NCBI RefSeq assembly: GCF_036321535.1
Contig: NC_087436.1
Coordinates: 72,356,001 to 72,420,000, forward strand
Reading direction: 5' to 3'
Length of the DNA: 64,000 nt
Source: Camelus dromedarius
Taxonomy: Eukaryota
Positions 1-14,360 of the stretch are shown here, piece after piece. The notes beneath the pieces were generated by a model that saw only the letters and a program-made list of their open reading frames with translations, did not search any database and was not told the DNA's origin. Position 1 is the first letter of the stretch; each line of letters opens with the position of its first letter. The position numbers and the translations under genes were made by a program.

Positions 1-1179
1 CCCATGAAGTTACCCTGATTGCATGCATCTCCAGAGGTAGCCCCTATTTTGAATTTGATGATGAAATGTGCACAATCAGAGGGAAGTTCTCCTGTTGGAT
101 AATGATGACCTTTATAGCTGCTCCAGTATTCAATGCTTTGGTTCTGGGTATTGGTGGCAGAAATTTTCAAAAAAAAAATTCAGGGAGAATGAGTATAACA
201 AATTTTGGCTTATTCAAAGTGGAAAAAATCTGCTAATGTTCTGATAAAACAGAGAATGACAACTAAAAATAGCCACTCAAATGTCTAGATGTTTCTTTGA
301 GATCAAGCCAATTTCAGTTCCTTCTCTTAATCTTGTTTACAACTTTTTCTTCCCCCATTATTCCAGTTGCCCCCGAAAGGAAGAAAACATCTTAGATTGA
401 GAGATGAGGGTCACATAGCCTTCAATTCTGTCTCTGTTTTCTTCCTTCCCATTGCTTTCCCACAATATAAATCATTTTGTTCTTTGTAATAAAATGCAAA
501 AACCTCTTCACACTGTGGCTTTAATCTAAGCTCTTGTTAATGAAGAGAAATGTGATAGCTCAGGAATAGTCACTCCTTATGAATAATCAGTCCCATCTAT
601 GTTTTTATAAGATTAGAAATACTACCAACTAATTACATGTTTTTTAAATCAGCTATCAGTAAAGTGATGCAGTTTCTGAGGAACAAAAGCACATAGAGTT
701 TGCAGTGGTGTAGCCCATGTTCTTTTGGACATGATAAGATCAAATAGTCACTACTCTAATGAATGCTTTGAGGGGATGTTCAATGGTGACCTACAGAAAG
801 ATATGACACTGAAATGAAGATGTGTTTCTAGCTTGGACTCCAAATAGGAACTGACACTGCTAGCATTTCCTATATTGTGAGGCAATGCCGAGAGTTCTCA
901 TTGTGGCAGAGCCCTCCTTCCCCAAAGAGAACACAGAGAGTTTGGGTTAGAGAAAGAGATGCAAAATCATGCAACTATTTTCCAAGACAATAAGCCTTGC
1001 GCAGTATTTGGCAGACCATGTTGAAGGAAAGCAAAACTTTCCAAGGATATGGAATGATAAAGACAACTCAATAATTGAAGTTTTATTTTTTAAATAAATG
1101 TATAACCATAGAATAAGAATTATCAGGATTTAATAATACAGGCACTAAAACAGGGCACAGACATTCCTGCAGAGACAGT

Positions 1180-1800
1180 GTGAGACAGAAGCAGCAGGGA
1201 TCAAACAATGGCCATTATATGGTGCTAGAATACATACACAGATCTGGGAGATGAGGGGTACCAGTAGTAGTGACCTCTCTAATCACCACATCCAGCTACA
1301 CACTTGCAGGTTTTGTGCTTCCGGAACTCATGATGCTAAACTCTGACAGCTCAAAGATTCTGGTTCTAAGGAGAAAAACATTGGTACCAGGACACACAGA
1401 ATGTATTCCACTGAATCTAAAACAATTGCTACCTGGTCACCTTGAGCTCCTCATGCTTGTGGACCATCAGATAAATGAAGGAGTTACCATCCTCATTGAA
1501 ATAACTGACCCTAATTATCATGAGGAGTTAGACTTGCTGATACTTACAGGGACTTATGATGATTCTATGCCACGGGAGAATGAGAAATGGGCAATTTCTG
1601 AATTGCTAGATAAGGGAGAGGTAAGGGAAAAACAGCCAAAAGCTCAAGCCCCTCAGGGATGAAGGGTCTAGCTGGGTTCCACCACCAGGTAAGCAAATGA
1701 AATCAGCTCAATTTCTAACCAAGGATAATGAGACTCTAGAATGAATGTGAAGGAGGGAGGTGACTAATATCAATGATGACCTAGGACCAGTTGCAGTCGT
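1180..1800 (+). mobile_element. ERVL-type internal fragment (3' end of pol, dUTPase-like region)
   Basis: ORF 1270-1662 contains VPGHTECIPLNLK..LPGHLELLM..DHQINEGVTILIEITDPNYHEELDLLI, which resembles the ERVL dUTPase region (IPLNWKL.LPPGHFGLLM..GVT.L.GVIDPDY.GEI.LLL). Confidence 0.75.
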
Positions 1801-1804
1801 GGGG

Positions 1805-2430
1805 TGTGCAGTGTGTTCCAATGGGACTCAGTGATCAAGCAAACTCAGTATGGAGCCCCAGTGAATCTGAGTGGTACAAAGGGCAGTCTCCAACATGCAT
1901 TTATTGCTTCCCCCATCACATTCCCCAAACGTTCCTCTGATTTCAGTCACAACAGTGGAGAAGGGATCCTTACAATCTCAGATGCACGTTGCACTGGTAA
2001 CTTCCCCCCTCAAGAGCAGGCATCTCTCTGCATTCTGCTTCAGAGCTTTGCCTGAGGTAGCATGAGTCAGCTTGACTAGTGCACAAGAACAGCTACAAGT
2101 AGGGGTGGGAGGGAATGCCCCTGGGGGAAGTTCTCAACCCTTGGGTGAGGAGAACTGACAGTTACATACCCCAGACTCCAGGCCTCCAAGGGAGAATATT
2201 CTAGAAGGCACTCTGTTGCTTCCTGGATGTTCCGGGGGAATGGAGATGCATTGCCCACAGCAGCAGCTCAATGATGCACTCTTACTTCCCTTACTTACGT
2301 TGGCTCTTCATCCTTCCCTGTTCCACTTCTCTGCTCCCTCCCTCTGGTGCCGGGATCCCTGCACAGGTGAACCACCAGCACTCAAGGGCTTGTCTCAGAT
2401 TCTGATTTTAGGAGAGTGAAAATCATGGCA
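1805..2430 (+). mobile_element. ERVL LTR (LTR16-like), 3' LTR of the preceding internal fragment
   Basis: Starts with TGT right after a G-rich tract and ends with ...cttgtctcagattctgattttaggag, similar to LTR16 3' ends. Subfamily is tentative. Confidence 0.55.
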
Positions 2431-4163
2431 ATTCTTTAAAAATAAAAGAAAGAGAGCTAGAGAAAGAGAAAGATGGGCAGAAAAATTCTTTTGTCTTCAG
2501 AAATACATCTCTTTCTGGGAGTTCTATAGATTATAAAAGTATTTATCTTTCCACTATCCATTTGCCCACTTGAAAGTTTTTGGTTTGCGTTTCTTTGGTC
2601 CTACGTCGTCTACTCTTTTTGGAAACATCCAGTTTAACCCCCAAACACTCGTTCTAGTTTGGTCACAGGATGGTGATAGTGCAGTCCCCAACGCTCTGAC
2701 CCTCACATTTCCTAGTTCTATGCTACAGTGAACAAAGTTAAGTTTAACACTTGCTCAAAAGGTTACAGTTCTTATATATTTTTTGCACAGTCTCTGTGGT
2801 TAGTTATCTTTGTGGGTATTTGGCAATGAATCTAAACATTTAAATGTGGTTTGCCTTTAGAAAACACCGGACTGTGAGTCAGAAGCCCCTGATTTTATGA
2901 TTCTGTTTATTACATTGAGAAACCTCTTACCCTCTCTGGGCAGTTTCTCCATCTGTAAGGGAGCCACCCAGGTCTTATCTGTATCCCAGACTAAGAGAAA
3001 CAGAATTAATAGTTCTGGAAAATCCTGAAATATTTAAATTAGAAATGGGCCTAATTCTATTGCACTTTCTTGTATGTTTAAACTCCAAAGTATTTCTATT
3101 AGTTGCTTTATTTTGGTGTGGTTGGAAATATGCTTTGGCTAGAAAAGAAGTAAGAGCAATCTTTCATTCTTCTATCTAATAATTGAATTCTGATGTAGGG
3201 ATATTAAACCACTTATAACTGAGAGAAACAAAATTATTTAAAATACTGAATGAATGGCATGTTAGTTCTCTAAATTGCTTTCTGTACCACATTCTGACCA
3301 AGTCAATACCAAATTGCCTGCTAATAGCAAGGATGCATTCCATGGATAAAACAATGCACCAATCTACAGGACACTCCTAGGAAGTGAAGGATGTCATTTA
3401 AGAGTACACTGTTAGGACATACACATAAATCTCTCCTGCACTAAAGCTCCGTGTATGAAAATATAGGTTGGGAGAGAGAGGAGTGGTATGGAAGCAAAGG
3501 GTTGTATGTTATAGCAAAGCTCATTTCGTATCATTTTACTTCTGGCATGGAAGAGTGTGTTGGGTGGGGGAGTGGAGCTTCTGACTGTGCATTGTTAGGC
3601 TGTGATCAAGACATAGTCTGCAATGAAATATAACCCCCACATATTTTTCTTTTGGAGATGGCCTTTAGTTCTGTAAATTCTCTTGAAAGTTCAGTGATAA
3701 AATCTATGGTTCATTCATTTATCTTGGGATCAAGCACTGTAACCAGACTGATGACTCACTTTATCTGTACCATTGAGGTGGAAGTGGAGAAGGGGTAGAG
3801 GGTATGGGGGTAATTTTTTTCATTTGGGAGGAGAGGTGGAGGCTCTGGAGAGCAGGCTCTGGTTTGCCGGAGAACGTTGACAAAGCCCTAGGTGCTGAGA
3901 TGCAAGGACAAGGCTGAAGCAAAAAGCCTCAGGAATGAAGTGGAAAGATGACAAAAAGAAAAACTGTTTAGCAATCATGACTTTGCAATTTTGTCTGGTC
4001 AACTCATAATAATATGTCTAGGTTGGTACGAAGATGACAAAACTCCTCCCTATGAACTCATCCTAGTTCTCCAGTCAAGTCTGGTCCCCAACTGGAAAAA
4101 GAGAGAAAGAGGTTAATTAAAAAGAGCTATAAAAGAAAAAGTCTACATATTACTACACACTGT

Positions 4164-4187
4164 CACACACACACACACACACACACA
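4164..4187. repeat. (CA)n microsatellite
   Basis: Read directly. Confidence 0.9.
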
Positions 4188-5054
4188 ATGTCTGAGCACA
4201 TCTCCCTCCCCATCCTTAATTACCAGTATATTAAAAACATTAGGATTCATATCCCCAAATATTAATCTTTTATAATTATTATGTAATACATCAAGAAATG
4301 CACAGGAGAAATTGATGGTTTAGAACAAGAGAAATGAAACAGCTAGTACAGGGCTCTCTGCAGGACTGGACTGATTATGAGGAGGCTCTTGAAATAAAGG
4401 TCGAAGGCTTCAACATATGCAATCTCAAATTTTGGATGGTTTTAAGCAAACTATTTTGAAGTGTAATGCTAAATTGAGTTTTCTGATTGAATCAGTCCAA
4501 AGTAAGTGACTGTCAAAAAATCACGTGTAAGTCCTAAATGAAAACCACAAAACTAACTGATGAATTCTGAGTAGAATGTACAAAATCCAAGAACTATGAT
4601 TACTATGTCTACCTTAAATGCCCAAACATTGCTGCAGTTTTACATAAAGGAAAAGAACGTTATAAATAAGTTAATGTCCAGACTAATTTTGGAAGAGAGC
4701 TATGCTTCTAACCGTAAGAATGAATCAAAGTTTAGGATTGTAATAAACTCTGACTGGAAGCCGAGGGACAGAATAGGGAAGAAGCACATGGATTTGACAA
4801 CAGCAATACAGTTCTAGTTCTGTTGCTCAGTGTGCATTCATGAGTGTTCATTTTCATTATGCTTTATGTTTATATCCTTGGTAAATGTTTCTTTTTCATG
4901 TATCAATTAGTACATAATAAATGGTACATAGCCAACATTTTGGAAACTACTGATCTAGTATATCAAGTTCTTGGTTTCCTCATATGTTAAATGGCGATAA
5001 TAATATTTATAAAATTGTTATTAAAATTAGGTGAAATATGCAACAGAGTGCCTG

Positions 5055-5076
5055 GTGTGTGTGTGTGTGTGTGTGT
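5055..5076. repeat. (GT)n microsatellite
   Basis: Read directly. Confidence 0.9.
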
Positions 5077-8000
5077 AATACATATGTGCATATATGTAAT
5101 CATTTGTGCTAATTTTTGTTCTAATTTTCAAGTTGGTCTTTAAAAGTGTAATTTAGTTTCTGGTGAGTTTCAAAAGATCATGTATTTGAATCCACTTGAA
5201 ATGTTTTAGGCATACAAGCACATTCTTGACGAAAGTGGCTGTGTCTTAATAATACATTTATCTTGGGAAATAAGTACTGAACAGCTTTCTCTAAAATGCA
5301 GGTACACTATCAGAGATGTGTCCTCCATCTACTGTTACAAACACTGTCTGAGATCTTGGTCTTGATCAAGCTGCAAGAGCCCTTCCCACAAATCAACTGA
5401 AAACAGAATTTTAACAATTCATGTAAAAGCTTAAGTTGGAAATTCTGGGCATACAGTGAGTCACATTTGATTATGACTTGTGATTTACCTACACTACAAC
5501 TAAACTGTCTAAATTTCCTTTCTTACTTATAAGACAGATGCAGGAAAGACGTCTATAGATTACTAAGTTCAACAATTTCACCTTACTTCTGCTCCTTTTC
5601 CAGAGATAAAAATCAAATATTTAGGAGAATGTGCACGCACATCAAATCAAGTCCCTCTCACTTACTTTGAAAAGTCTATGAGCTCATTCAAAAATACAAT
5701 TTTCCAAATATGTTTGGCTAAAACATATACTCAGACCATTTTACTAAATGCAGGCTGTGCTCTTCCAAGCAATGCTGGGCTGTCCACACTGCTGACCACC
5801 TCTCCCTCCGTAAAAACAAACTCATCAACATGGAAGACAGTGCACCATTTTGAGCTGGTTTTTGAGGCTCAATTCAGAATCAGTTGAGAAACATCAGCAG
5901 GGATATGTTTAGATTTTTCCATTGAAGATTAAATTAGTTCTTTGTATTATCCCACGATACCATGAGTGAAAGCAGTGATGGTAATAAAAGGGACTATTAT
6001 ATCCTTCTGTGTTCCAGGCAAAATGTTCAGAACTTTACATGTGACCTCATTTAATTCTCACAAAAACCTCCACAATGTAAGTATGATTATCTTGAAGTGC
6101 CTTATCCAGCTACACCACGATTAAGTTAAACTAGAGCATCAAACTTCTGACTCTCGTGCTGAGACTCTAAACTCCTATACTACAATACGGTAGTTCTTAC
6201 ATGCTCAGTTCCACTGCATCAATTCTTTTACCATTTAGTCAAATATTATCTACCAGTTGCAATCAATTGCCAAGCATTTCTTCTAACATTACATTACTTA
6301 GCCTGGAAAGCATTTTTCACTGTCTAGAAGGAAGTTTTTTAGGCTCAATCTTAAGACTGAAGGATTCAGAAATAAGAGGAAGAAGTTATGAATTAGTCAT
6401 GATTTTATAAAACCTTTAATCCAAGGCTTTCCTGACAAGATTTTGCATGATTTGTGATCTATAGATTTATCTCTGTGTTTCAGGTAGAAAAGAATACAGT
6501 GGAAAGGGTTCTGAAACTGCTTTACAAGCCTCCAGGTAAAAACAAAAAATAAACAGTTGCTAATTAACCAATTTATTAAAAAGGGAAAAGGTGAAGATTA
6601 GAGATTTTTCTCAACCAAGCATGCAGGGCATGCACTACATGAAGTGTTTAACGTTGATTAGATGATTTATTAACCACTTTTATTGAGACTAGCCTTGAAG
6701 AAAAACATCTAGACACATTTAACAGTCTTCTTGCCCATTTCAAACATACGAGACTTGCTTTTTCTCTTCCTCCAGCCAACGGACGACTGATTATTAAGTG
6801 GTCCACTTACACGTTGGATTATTATTACCATGGATTTTTGCTGCAATAACTTCTTGCTGTTTGATCAATTGTCCATGAACATAGAGCCACGGATATGGAT
6901 TTGGGGCCACCTTGTGATGGATTTGGAAAAGTCTCTGAGACTGAACCCTGGGATTAGAATTTTGATTTCAATTGCTAAATTGTTACTTTTCAACAAATAT
7001 ATTTTTGAAAGGGTTTCATATGATAATGGCTGATTTTTACTACTGAAAGAATGGTTACAGTATCATGCTATAGTCAGTTACACTTATTGACTTGTCCCTA
7101 TTTGTCAGCCCCTGCCATAAACCATCTACATAATATTACATCATTTTGTGCTCACAACAATTGTAAGAGTTAAGTGCCGTCATATCGCTGTTTTACAGAT
7201 GAGGCAACTGAGGTCTGGTGAGATAAATAATTTGTCTAGGTTTTTGTAGAGAGTAAGCGAGCTCTTAGGAAGTCTCAAAATATTCTGGTTGAAAACGTGA
7301 AAAAAAGAGTTGTTCTATATGAAAGTGCAAAATGGCATAAAAATATTGAGAAGTAAAACAACATATTACCCATTAGTAATACTTGAAGGCTCCAAATTGT
7401 ATCTTATTTGCATATTTTGGATTAGAGACTCTGTTTTTTAAATGTGCAAAATAACAGAAAAATGCAAAAATCCTGGAAGAAAACCAAAGAACTGATAATA
7501 TTATGAATAAATTCAACAGTATAGAAACTGCTGAGCATAAGTATATTACATCCCCCATACTCATAAACCTATAATCCTATTCTTGATCTTTCTATCATGC
7601 TAAAAGACGATTTGTGTGTGTGTCTGTACATGAAACAAAGGAGCAGATACTTTCTGGCCAAAATTAGTACTAAATACTCTTGAATTCTGCTTTCAGTGTA
7701 CTGGAATTCTCATTGAATCGTGTGTACTATATTATTCCTTCAGGGAGCTCAGATGACGCCTTCAAAAGCAAAATCACTACTTTTCCCCAATGTTGTCGTC
7801 TGAATTTCCTGTCTCTAATGATGACAGTAGACATGGAGTTCTACTGCCCAGATTCCCCTTCATGGAAGAACTTGCTGTTTCCACTGCAGGAAGCTGCTCC
7901 GACTGAGGTCACAGCCTTCCTGGGGGATCCTGCATCCAAGAGGCTCAGTGAGAGTATAAAGGTAGGTCACCTCAGCTCTAGGTGGGACAACAATACTTGC

Positions 8001-11000
8001 TCTGGGGCTTGCTCTGCTGGGCTGCCTAGTCTCTGCAGGGTTTGTATAGCAATTTGACTGTTCTCCTCTGCCCAACCCTGCTTCTTCCCCCTTCTTTTTA
8101 TAGGTTTTGATCCTTAATAGATGCCTTGACCTCCAAGATCATCTTAGAATCTGCTTCCTGTTTTTTTTTTATTGTGGTAAAAATACACGACATAATATTT
8201 CCTACCTTAACCATGTTTAAATGTGCAGTATGGTAGTGTTAACTGCATGAACACTGTTGTACAAATGATCTCTAGAACATTTTCATCAGAAGTTGCTTCG
8301 TGAGAAGTCAATCTGTGACAAGACTTTCTTTAACGATCTAATTTCTTTGCAAATGCTTTGAAGTGCTGTTCTTTTTTCTTGGTAATACCCTAACCAGGCT
8401 TGCAATAGGAAGTTGTGAGACTGAAAGGTGACAGGAAACTCACAATGCAGAGTATTTGCAATGAGCACACCCCTTTTATCACGGTGTCTGTGAATGTTTT
8501 CCATGCACCTTGAAGACCTGAGTTTTTCCTTTTCCAGCCCACATGAGAAATAGATAGGAGTTGGAAGGCTTTCTCCTAAGAGAGTTTGAACAGATAGCTA
8601 GAGGTATTCTTTTTTTTTTTTTTTTTAACTTAAGAGGCCAAAAGCAATGTGGCAGGTATCTAACAAAGTTTTGACTTAAAGCTCTCAGTCTCAAGCATCA
8701 GATTTGGAGTTTTAGGATTCATCGTGTTTACTTTAGTATCTCAATCTATAAAATTGGGAGGATAGGCTATTACAGTGGTTTTCAATTCTGTTGTGCTAAT
8801 TTAAAAATGGCTGAGAATTTTTTGCTACCCCTTCCTTTGAAAGGTGGGATCTAATTCCCCTTCTCTTGAATCTGAGTTGATATTAGTGACTTGCTTAACA
8901 AATAGGATGAGGCACAAGTGATGTGTCATGACATTTGAGCTAGATCAGACAAAGGCTTGCAAATTCACCTTCACCCCTAGAACCATTCTCCTTGGGAGCC
9001 TCTGAGCAGACCATTGTTTTCCTGGGGACCTGAGGGGCAGGGTTGGAGGGAGAGGTTACAAAGGAAGGGACAGAAGGGCATTTTGAGGGTGATGGATATA
9101 TTAGTCATAAAGATGAGTGGTTTCTGGTGACGCATCAGTCTGGTGATGGTTTTGTAGATGTCTGTGTATATCAAATCAAATGTCATCAAATTGTATATTT
9201 TCAGTATGTGTGGTTTTTAAGGAAAATTTTCCTCACTAAAGCTGTAGAGAGAGAAAGTGAGAAATTGTTATCTCAGAGAATTTCCCCAGGGGTCAGAAAG
9301 CCTGGGCCAGAGGACCCCATAGAAAAGAAAATTCACCTAAGTTTCAGAATACAATGAAGCTGACAAAGGCAACACAACCGTCCCTCATTGGACAGGGACA
9401 CACAGACTGCGTCATTGGCCCCTGGACTCCTGGAAAATGACTGCTCTCATGAGAGGGTTGGCTTCTTGTGCCGCATTTGGAAAGGGAGATTACTGCTGCT
9501 TCTGCCCCAGCCATCGTCTGGGTTAATCTAGCTCTTCCGGGTGAGTTTTACCACAGACCACCTTCTTTTTAGGTACTGAATCCTATTGAGACTTCTCAAA
9601 TATGCCCGGAAGCATCTATTAAAATTATAAAAATCTCTTTGAGAAGGAAAAAGTGGTTTCTTCTTATTTTCAACAGCTTTTGGTACCTGGTATTATCATC
9701 TCACAATTTAACCATAAAGCCTGGCTTCATAGCAGGCTGAATGGTTCATAACAGGCATGGCAACTAAATATTTGCCAGCCAGCCTTAGCTGACAAATAGA
9801 AGTACAGAAACCCACAGTCAGCCACATTTTTCCCAGGTTACTTTTGTACTATGACAACGTGAAAGGCATTCTGATGATTAGATCCCATAATAATTGTATT
9901 GGACAACTGTTCTTTAGTAGATGTTTTTAGACCATTGGTCTCTATCAAAATAATTCTCTGAGATTATTTAACAGCCTTCAGCTACTCAGTGTTACTGTTT
10001 CTTGCTTCCCTTACACATGTCCTGTATTCCTCCCATTTAGAGAATATACCTTGACCTGAGCACAGAGCTTCCCCTCCAGTTTATCCTTCCACTTCCCAGG
10101 TACTTCAGCTTCTCCTAAATAAAAAGTATTTAGATCCAACTCATAGGGTTTTCTATAATGATGCCCAGGAGAGAAAAGGAGTATGCTTTATTTTCTTTTT
10201 TCCCACCTCTATCTTGTATTGAGGTAATTAATTTTCATTGGCATGCTCTGGCAGTAATGAATGAGGACTTTAAAGAAACTAAAAATAGTCTGGTCAATGC
10301 CCTTTCTTCCTATTATAACTTTTAGACCCACATGACTAGAGTAACCAAGTCTATCTATTTCTTTAATCCTACAATTTATTCGAAGAATATTGTCTTTTCC
10401 ATAATATACCTTGCTTTGGAGACCTCAAAACTTCTATCATGGGCATGATCACATTCGCAATTGCAAGTTCTAGCTTCAGAATAATAAAATCTTTTTAAAA
10501 GTACTTTGAAAGTAGGCATTCATAAGTGCTGACTTATAAACAGATTAGTTCCTGATGATTCTTCCTTCCACATTGGACAGTTCCTATGAAACCCAGTACA
10601 CCTCACTCTCCATCAGATAAATCCTGTGTATATATTCAGATGGTCTGTTGCAAGCAGAAAGTAATGTAGAAGCTACTTTGTCATCTCCAAAGTGGTTATA
10701 TGAATTTACATTCCCCCTTAGGCAATGTTTACATTCCTATTTCCCTCATACTAATACTCAGAGTCATTCAGTATGCTATTTCTTAGTACTTCCTCGTGGT
10801 TTAATTTGCGTTTCTCTGATAGGCAGTGAACATTAGCATCTTCTTACATGTATATTGGCTTACATTAAGTTTTACTTCCTTGTGAATGGCCTATATTTGT
10901 TCTCCCACATTTCCTAACAGATTGTCTTTTTCTTTTTGCTTTGTTGTGAGTAACAAATTGAATCAGCTGAAAATTAATTGTGGGAAAATTAAAATTTCAT

Positions 11001-12000
11001 CATGTTTTGAATTAACCTGCTGGAGACACATTTCGGATGTACCCAAATTATCCCTGATTTTACTAAGTCTTAACAGGAACACTTTTCAGTTTGTTTTACC
11101 TTTATTCATAGTCTCCAGTCTTTCTCCTATTTCACCAAAGTACTCCCATCAACTCCAACATGCCTGGATGTATTATGCAGTTCTGTGTATCTGTATATCC
11201 ATAGATATATAAGAACCCTATGTTTTCATCCAGCCTTGAACCCTCTAGCTATGTAATCATAACTTCTCTTGGCTTCGGTTTCTTCATCTGTTAAATTTAG
11301 AAATGATAGTACTTTGAGTTGCTGTGAGGATTACGTGTATGCAGATAAGACATAGAACAAGGATAATCAGACAAAGTTATGTAACACACAAAGAGAATAC
11401 CAGCTTCTACTCATTCCCTTGCTTAAGTTTTCTTTACATTTTTAGTAGTTTATCAATGGATTCAAAACTAGTATAAAATAATATTTAATATAGCTTTGAA
11501 AGTTTTCTTCAGAAGTCAGTCTAGTCACCTGTTCCATTTGACGGAAACAGAAGTCTGTAGATTCGTGTTTCAAGCCCATAATCTTGTGTCCTTACGATAT
11601 AGTATTTCCTTATAGTGTGACTCGATCTACTCTCATAACCCTTGAAAAAATTCATTTCTCTTTAGGAAATGTAAAGCATTCGTGAAGAAAAGCATTTTGG
11701 CTTCTGAAGATGGTTACTGATACAGATTCTGCTCCTACTGTCTACCAGCCGACTCACTTTATCAGGCCAGCCTCTTATCTGTGAGAAAGTGGATAATGGC
11801 AAGACCCTCTCCTGAGGCTAATAATCTGCCCCAGCTGGACAGCATGGTTAGTTTTGGATGGCCTGTGGAGTCAGAATGAAGAGAAATCACGTCTAAGGAA
11901 AAAGAAGTCATCTGTTTGACGCTATCAGTGGAAGTAATCACATGGTCATATCTTTAAACCCCGGGTAACTGAAGATGCAGTCTCATGAAGCTGTCTTGAA

Positions 12001-12042
12001 CAGAGAGCAGCAGGGAGCAGCAGGGAGCAGCAGGGAGCAGCA
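12001..12042. repeat. 10-bp tandem repeat (CAGGGAGCAG), about 4 copies
   Basis: cagagagcag cagggagcag cagggagcag cagggagcag. Confidence 0.9.
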
Positions 12043-13526
12043 AAGGGGAAAACAAATTCTTCAGGTGCTAGGAATCCACAAACATCAGAACTTCTAACAT
12101 AGTCAATACCTTGGCTAGTCCAAACCTTATCGTATCTATATCATGCCTTATGATCTTTACAACATAATTTAATCTGGGTGTCCTGAAGGTAGTGGGATCA
12201 CAGAACACAGTCGCTGGAAGTGACATCCTGATGAGATTCAACCAGATTTACCTTTCACTTGAGCATCTGCCTGGCTCTGCTACTCTGTACCACTCAGATC
12301 AACTCTAACAACTTATTAAACCTCCTGGAGCTTCAATTTCCTCACTGATAAAATGGGGATTCCATCCACTTCATGACATTATTGTGAACAGTTAATAAGA
12401 TGTAAACAATATGGCACAAATTAGATACACAATAAAAGCTGGTAAATTTACCTTCAGAGGATATAGTCAGAGGATTTTCTTTGCTTCAAATGTGAAAATT
12501 TTATTTTCTTATCTGACTGATAAGCTCCTCGTCAAATGTATGTCCTCCCTGCTCCTGCTGAGAGCCTAGGAGGGCTAGCCTTGCTAAGCACAGCCACTGG
12601 TTGATGGATAGTCTGAAGTCAGCCTTGGAACAAGTATCTGAAATGTGAGGTGCTTTTCCTAATGCCTCACTATGAGAACTTGAGAGAAAATTCCCAGACT
12701 AAGAGATTCAAGTATATAAGTTCTCTCTGGAATTAGTTCTGTATTTTGGAAAAAAAAGGTATAAAAGTTTCTGTGGAAGATTTTAAATTTTCTAAGTCAA
12801 AATGTGATTGATGAAATAAAAAGCTTTCTAGAAAAGTTTGTATTTACAGGAAGGGAGCGAGGTAAGAAGGAAGGAAGGAAATAAAGAAAAGAAGGGAGAG
12901 AGGAAGAAAGGGAAGAAGGAATTAGAGAGAACAGAGCAAAGACATATTTTTCCAAACTACCAAAATTGTAGAAGAAAAAGAATCTGTCTGGGAAAATAGG
13001 AATAAACATCTTTTTTAAAGTTGAATAAATAAAACTTGGTGTTGACAAAAGGCATTTAAATAAAATAATGACAGCCTATGGTACATAATAAATAATGTTG
13101 ACCAACAATGACACAGAACACCTTGTCAAGTGAATTCTTCCTATTTTGTTTTTCAAATATAATGAAACTATTATAGAGGTGTTGCTCTAGCACAAAAGTC
13201 ACGTGGTTCAAGCTATAACTGAGTAAAACTAAAAGGCAAGGTCCCAGCAAAGAGATGAGAGATGAGATGGCAGAAAGAGATGAGATGAGAGCAGTGGCAG
13301 AACACCATTAAGAGTCTAAAATAAATAGAAATGTCTAGTAAACCCTTATATTATCCTCTTAATATTTTTTCTTTGTAATTTGTCTACAGTAACATTTCAT
13401 TAATTTCTACATGTTCTCACAATTCTTCTGTGTGATACAAAGTGGACATTTTTACCCCACTTTAGAAATTCAGGAGAAACTAAACTCAACAGTTGATTTC
13501 CAGCCCCACAGAGCAGTCAAAGCTAT

Positions 13527-13920
13527 TGTCTTAGTTTGGTTGTCCCTAAAAGCTGTCACTTAGATATGGATTCAAGTAATTAATTTTGGAAGTGATCCCA
13601 GGAAACATGAGAGGGAGGGGGAAATGATAGTGAAGGAAAGAGAAAGCAATCAATAAAGTGTCAGCTACCGTTCTGTACTTTAGAGTTATCCCACCTGAGG
13701 GGAGAGGAGTTTGGCTATTTATACACTACTCTGGTGAGTCAATAATTAAAGGCTGCTTCCAGGGGCAATAATTTCCCAGTTTTTCCATCCTTTGGCTCTG
13801 CTGGTATAGTGGACTCCAGTGGCCAGAGAAAGCCTTCAAAGACTGGACACAGTGAACCCTGAAGTTGTGAGAAAAGGGCAGTTTTGGGGGGAGAGGGGTG
13901 TTCCAACAGCATTGGCTAGA
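13527..13920 (-). mobile_element. Solo ERVL LTR (LTR16-like) inserted in the pseudogene 3' UTR
   Basis: Ends tgtcttagtttggttg...ccaacagcattggctaga with internal ttttggaagtgatcccaggaa. Imperfect 5-bp TSD gctat/gctct. Confidence 0.65.
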
Positions 13921-14009
13921 GCTCTGATTTTATTTACTTGAAGTTTTGTTAGCATATTCATTGAGATATTTTTGGAAACTGTGGAAGAATCATCCTTTAA
14001 TTTTTTTTA

Positions 14010-14028
14010 TCATTTATTTTTCTCATCC
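14010..14028 (-). pseudogene. CXCL8-like pseudo-exon 4, coding part (R)DEKNK*
   Basis: tag|GGATGAGAAAAATAAATGA followed by ...attcttccacagtttccaaaaat...aaaacttcaagtaaat, which matches the start of CXCL8 exon 4 and its 3' UTR (GGCTGAGAA...ATTCTCTGTGGTATCCAAGAAT...AAACTTCAAGCAAAT). Confidence 0.8.
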
Positions 14029-14360
14029 CTATAAGCTATTAAGAACAATGAACTAAAAAACAAAGTTTTTTATTGCGCTTTTTTGGAGAAATTAACACAT
14101 TGTTAGGTTTACTGTTTTGCTCTATCTTTTCAGTTATTAAAAAGGGCAAGTTGCTATTTCAATTTTTTTTTTCTTCTATCTTTGAAGAGGCAAATACATG
14201 AAAGAAACCTTTCAAGCAGCAGCAAAAAAAAAAAAAAAAAAAAAAAAAGGCAAGGGGAGTTAGTGAGATACTATCATGTAACTGAGGATATGAGTTCTCT
14301 GAATTTTCCTTAGGAGTTCCACAATAAATGAAGACTTTTAGCTGAGAAAAATCAACTCAC

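Noticed and set aside
5604..5887. Acceptor followed by an open frame with faint resemblance to CXCL15/CXC exon 2
   Set aside because: No CXC spacing, no donor at the expected distance and no neighbouring exons. Similarity is at chance level.
6484..6535. Small AG...GT-bounded open segment (VEKNTVERVLKLLYKPP)
   Set aside because: Isolated, with no recognisable homology or partner exons.
12001..12042. Short direct-repeat array considered as CRISPR-like or as a signal-peptide exon
   Set aside because: No spacers, eukaryotic context, no start codon or donor. It is a simple tandem repeat.
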